A stretch of 64,000 bases of DNA from Candidatus Woesearchaeota archaeon (lineage in GTDB: Archaea; Nanobdellota; Nanobdellia; Woesearchaeales; JABGXB01). Below are positions 62,255-64,000 of this stretch, piece after piece. How positions within the stretch are numbered: the stretch's first letter is position 1; every line of letters begins with the position of its first letter. Under the pieces are notes generated by a model. The model made no database searches. It was not told the origin of the DNA and was given only the letters and a program-made list of their open reading frames with translations. A program made the translations under genes and the position numbers. The DNA lies in the NCBI GenBank assembly GCA_018675975.1, contig JABGXB010000002.1, positions 192,098 to 256,097 on the forward strand. The letters run 5' to 3'.

Positions 62255-63438
62255 TTTTGCAATGCCTCCACCGGTTTTAATTTGGATGCTGAATAAGCAG
62301 GACTTAAACCTGATAAAATTCCAAAAAACATTGCAAATAAAATAGAAAATATAATTAAATTTACATCTAAATTTATTATTATACCAATTGGACTATAAAT
62401 GGATACAATATATTCAATTAATTTTGCTATACTAATTCCAAGTATTGTACCAACAATTCCACCTAATAAACCTATAATACTACTTTCAATTAAAAATAAT
62501 TTTAAAATATCTTTTTTTTGAGCACCTAATGATTTAAAAATTCCAATTTCATATTTTCTTTCACTAACTGCAGTATACATAGAATTTGTAATTCCAATTG
62601 ACCCCACTAATAAACTAATGATTGCAATTCCTATAATAACAGTTTTTATTATACCTAAAACATTATTTGTTTGTTCTAATAATTGATCTGGTGTAATTAA
62701 TGAATAATCAGTTTTCCCTCTAGATTTTTCTAAACGCCTATCAATTTTTTCACTTATTTTTAAAACATCAGAATTTGGATTAACTATAATGTCTGCAAAA
62801 GAAATTTTATCTGGTTTATTAATTAATTCTCTAAGTAAGTTCATAGAAACATAAATTACTTTATCATCTTGATCTGCTCCAACTCTTTCAAAAATACCAA
62901 CAACTTTAAATTTATTTTTTAAAAATTCAATGGAGTTTCCAACATTTATTTTTTTATTAAATGCAGTATTTGAAGTAGCCCAACCTATTATTACATTATA
63001 ATTATCTTTATTTGACAAATATCTTCCATCAGTTAAACTAATTCCATAATCATTAACAAATAAACGCTCCCAATTTTCATAATCCAAACCACGAATTTGA
63101 ATTATATTTTTTTCATTTTTATAATTAACTTCTTCAGTCGAAACTAACATTTTTACAACACTATCAATTCCAGGTGTACGCTCAACAACTTTAATATCTT
63201 TTTCACTCAAACTACTTACTGCAAGATTAGATTCCAATCCACCTTCACTAGTTAAAAAAATTCGGTTTGAACCAATTTTATCAAATTCACTTTCAATTGA
63301 ATTTTCAAGCCCGTTTGAAAGTAATAATAAACTAAGTATTGCAGAAATTGCAACGACAATACCTAAAATGGTAAGAAAGGTTCTTAACTTTCGTTTACTT
63401 ATATTTTTTATCGCAATTTTTAAAAAATCTAATATCAT
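62251..63438 (-). CDS. ABC transporter permease, FtsX/MacB-like (tandem paralog)
   Basis: Same architecture and near-identical N-terminus (MILDF.K..I.N); 4-nt overlap with the downstream paralog. Confidence 0.8.
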   Translation of the reverse strand: MILDFLKIAIKNISKRKLRTFLTILGIVVAISAILSLLLLSNGLENSIESEFDKIGSNRIFLTSEGGLESNLAVSSLSEKDIKVVERTPGIDSVVKMLVSTEEVNYKNEKNIIQIRGLDYENWERLFVNDYGISLTDGRYLSNKDNYNVIIGWATSNTAFNKKINVGNSIEFLKNKFKVVGIFERVGADQDDKVIYVSMNLLRELINKPDKISFADIIVNPNSDVLKISEKIDRRLEKSRGKTDYSLITPDQLLEQTNNVLGIIKTVIIGIAIISLLVGSIGITNSMYTAVSERKYEIGIFKSLGAQKKDILKLFLIESSIIGLLGGIVGTILGISIAKLIEYIVSIYSPIGIIINLDVNLIIFSILFAMFFGILSGLSPAYSASKLKPVEALQK

Positions 63439-63449
63439 ATAAAATCATA

Positions 63450-64000
63450 CTAAGTTTTTTTTGCTATAAAATAATATATTATTGCACCAACAACATTACC
63501 TGCAATTAATAAAAAAATCCATATATATTTTTCTCTTTTATTGAGTTTAATATTATTTAATAAATTAATTAACATAAAAAGCCAAAATGAAAAACATACT
63601 GCAAAAATTGTTAGATTAACAAATAACCAATTTTGTTTTTTTTCAATAATTCCTAAAGTATACGCGTCATCTCTATTATATACTTCAACATTAATTTCTT
63701 TTTGTTCATTATATACTTTATTAAAATCATCTTTAAAAAACAAATTAAACTTAATAGACATATCACCATCCCTATTTGGTTTTATAAAAAATTCTGCTGA
63801 ATCTAAATCATCAGAATCCAAATTACCAATATATTCATTTTGAGATTTGCCTATATCATAATATTCACTCTCTTCAATTTTAATATTTAAAAATTTTAAT
63901 TCACTAATTCCAGTATTACTAATATCTAATATAATAGAACCTAAATTTTCTTCAACCAAACCATTAGTTTCTTTTAAATTTAAAATAAATGATGGTGGAT
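63450..64000 (-). CDS. Partial CDS running off the window end; membrane protein with a C-terminal two-helix anchor
   Basis: The ORF-track start is a TTG; the frame stays open upstream to position 64000, so the true N-terminus is outside the window. Confidence 0.4.
   Translation of the reverse strand, partial: PPSFILNLKETNGLVEENLGSIILDISNTGISELKFLNIKIEESEYYDIGKSQNEYIGNLDSDDLDSAEFFIKPNRDGDMSIKFNLFFKDDFNKVYNEQKEINVEVYNRDDAYTLGIIEKKQNWLFVNLTIFAVCFSFWLFMLINLLNNIKLNKREKYIWIFLLIAGNVVGAIIYYFIAKKT

Noticed and set aside
1-64000. CRISPR arrays, rRNA genes, IS elements with transposase
   Set aside because: No regularly spaced direct repeats, no rRNA-like conserved stretches, and no transposase or integrase ORFs were seen anywhere in the window

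Overview
Very AT-rich, densely coded stretch of an archaeal chromosome; genes occupy both strands with little intergenic space. It is archaeal because it carries the split RNA polymerase operon (rpoH-rpoB''-rpoB'-rpoA'-rpoA''-L30e-NusA-S12-S7), a thermosome, an archaeal DnaG primase, a KEOPS Bud32 kinase, aEF-1beta with its Zn-ribbon partner, Trm1, Elp3, DtdA, and IleRS with the eukaryote/archaeal-type PPFATGLPHYGH motif. The low GC, rearranged operons and many lineage-specific hypotheticals suggest a small-genome archaeon, possibly DPANN-like; that is an inference. Housekeeping genes are interleaved with accessory regions. The most unusual is a cluster of secreted, heavily N-glycosylation-sequon-rich proteins at 40220-45827. 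It contains a LamG-like jelly-roll protein and a phage-tail-fibre-like protein ending in an intramolecular-chaperone (Peptidase S74-type) auto-processing domain, followed by an alpha/beta-hydrolase-like gene and a GT-B glycosyltransferase. This looks like an undescribed surface or attachment module. Other notable items are a tandem array of four paralogous small membrane proteins (32217-34692), a DinD/RhuM-like gene interrupted by an in-frame stop and bracketed by 17-bp direct repeats (49758-50684), three consecutive large uncharacterised proteins between L11 and the thermosome, an orphan NurA-like nuclease, a GC-richer internally repetitive protein with a palindromic operator-like site, and a possible HPF/RaiA-like protein next to a GC-richer non-coding island. 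One tRNA-Lys(UUU) was found; no rRNA and no CRISPR.
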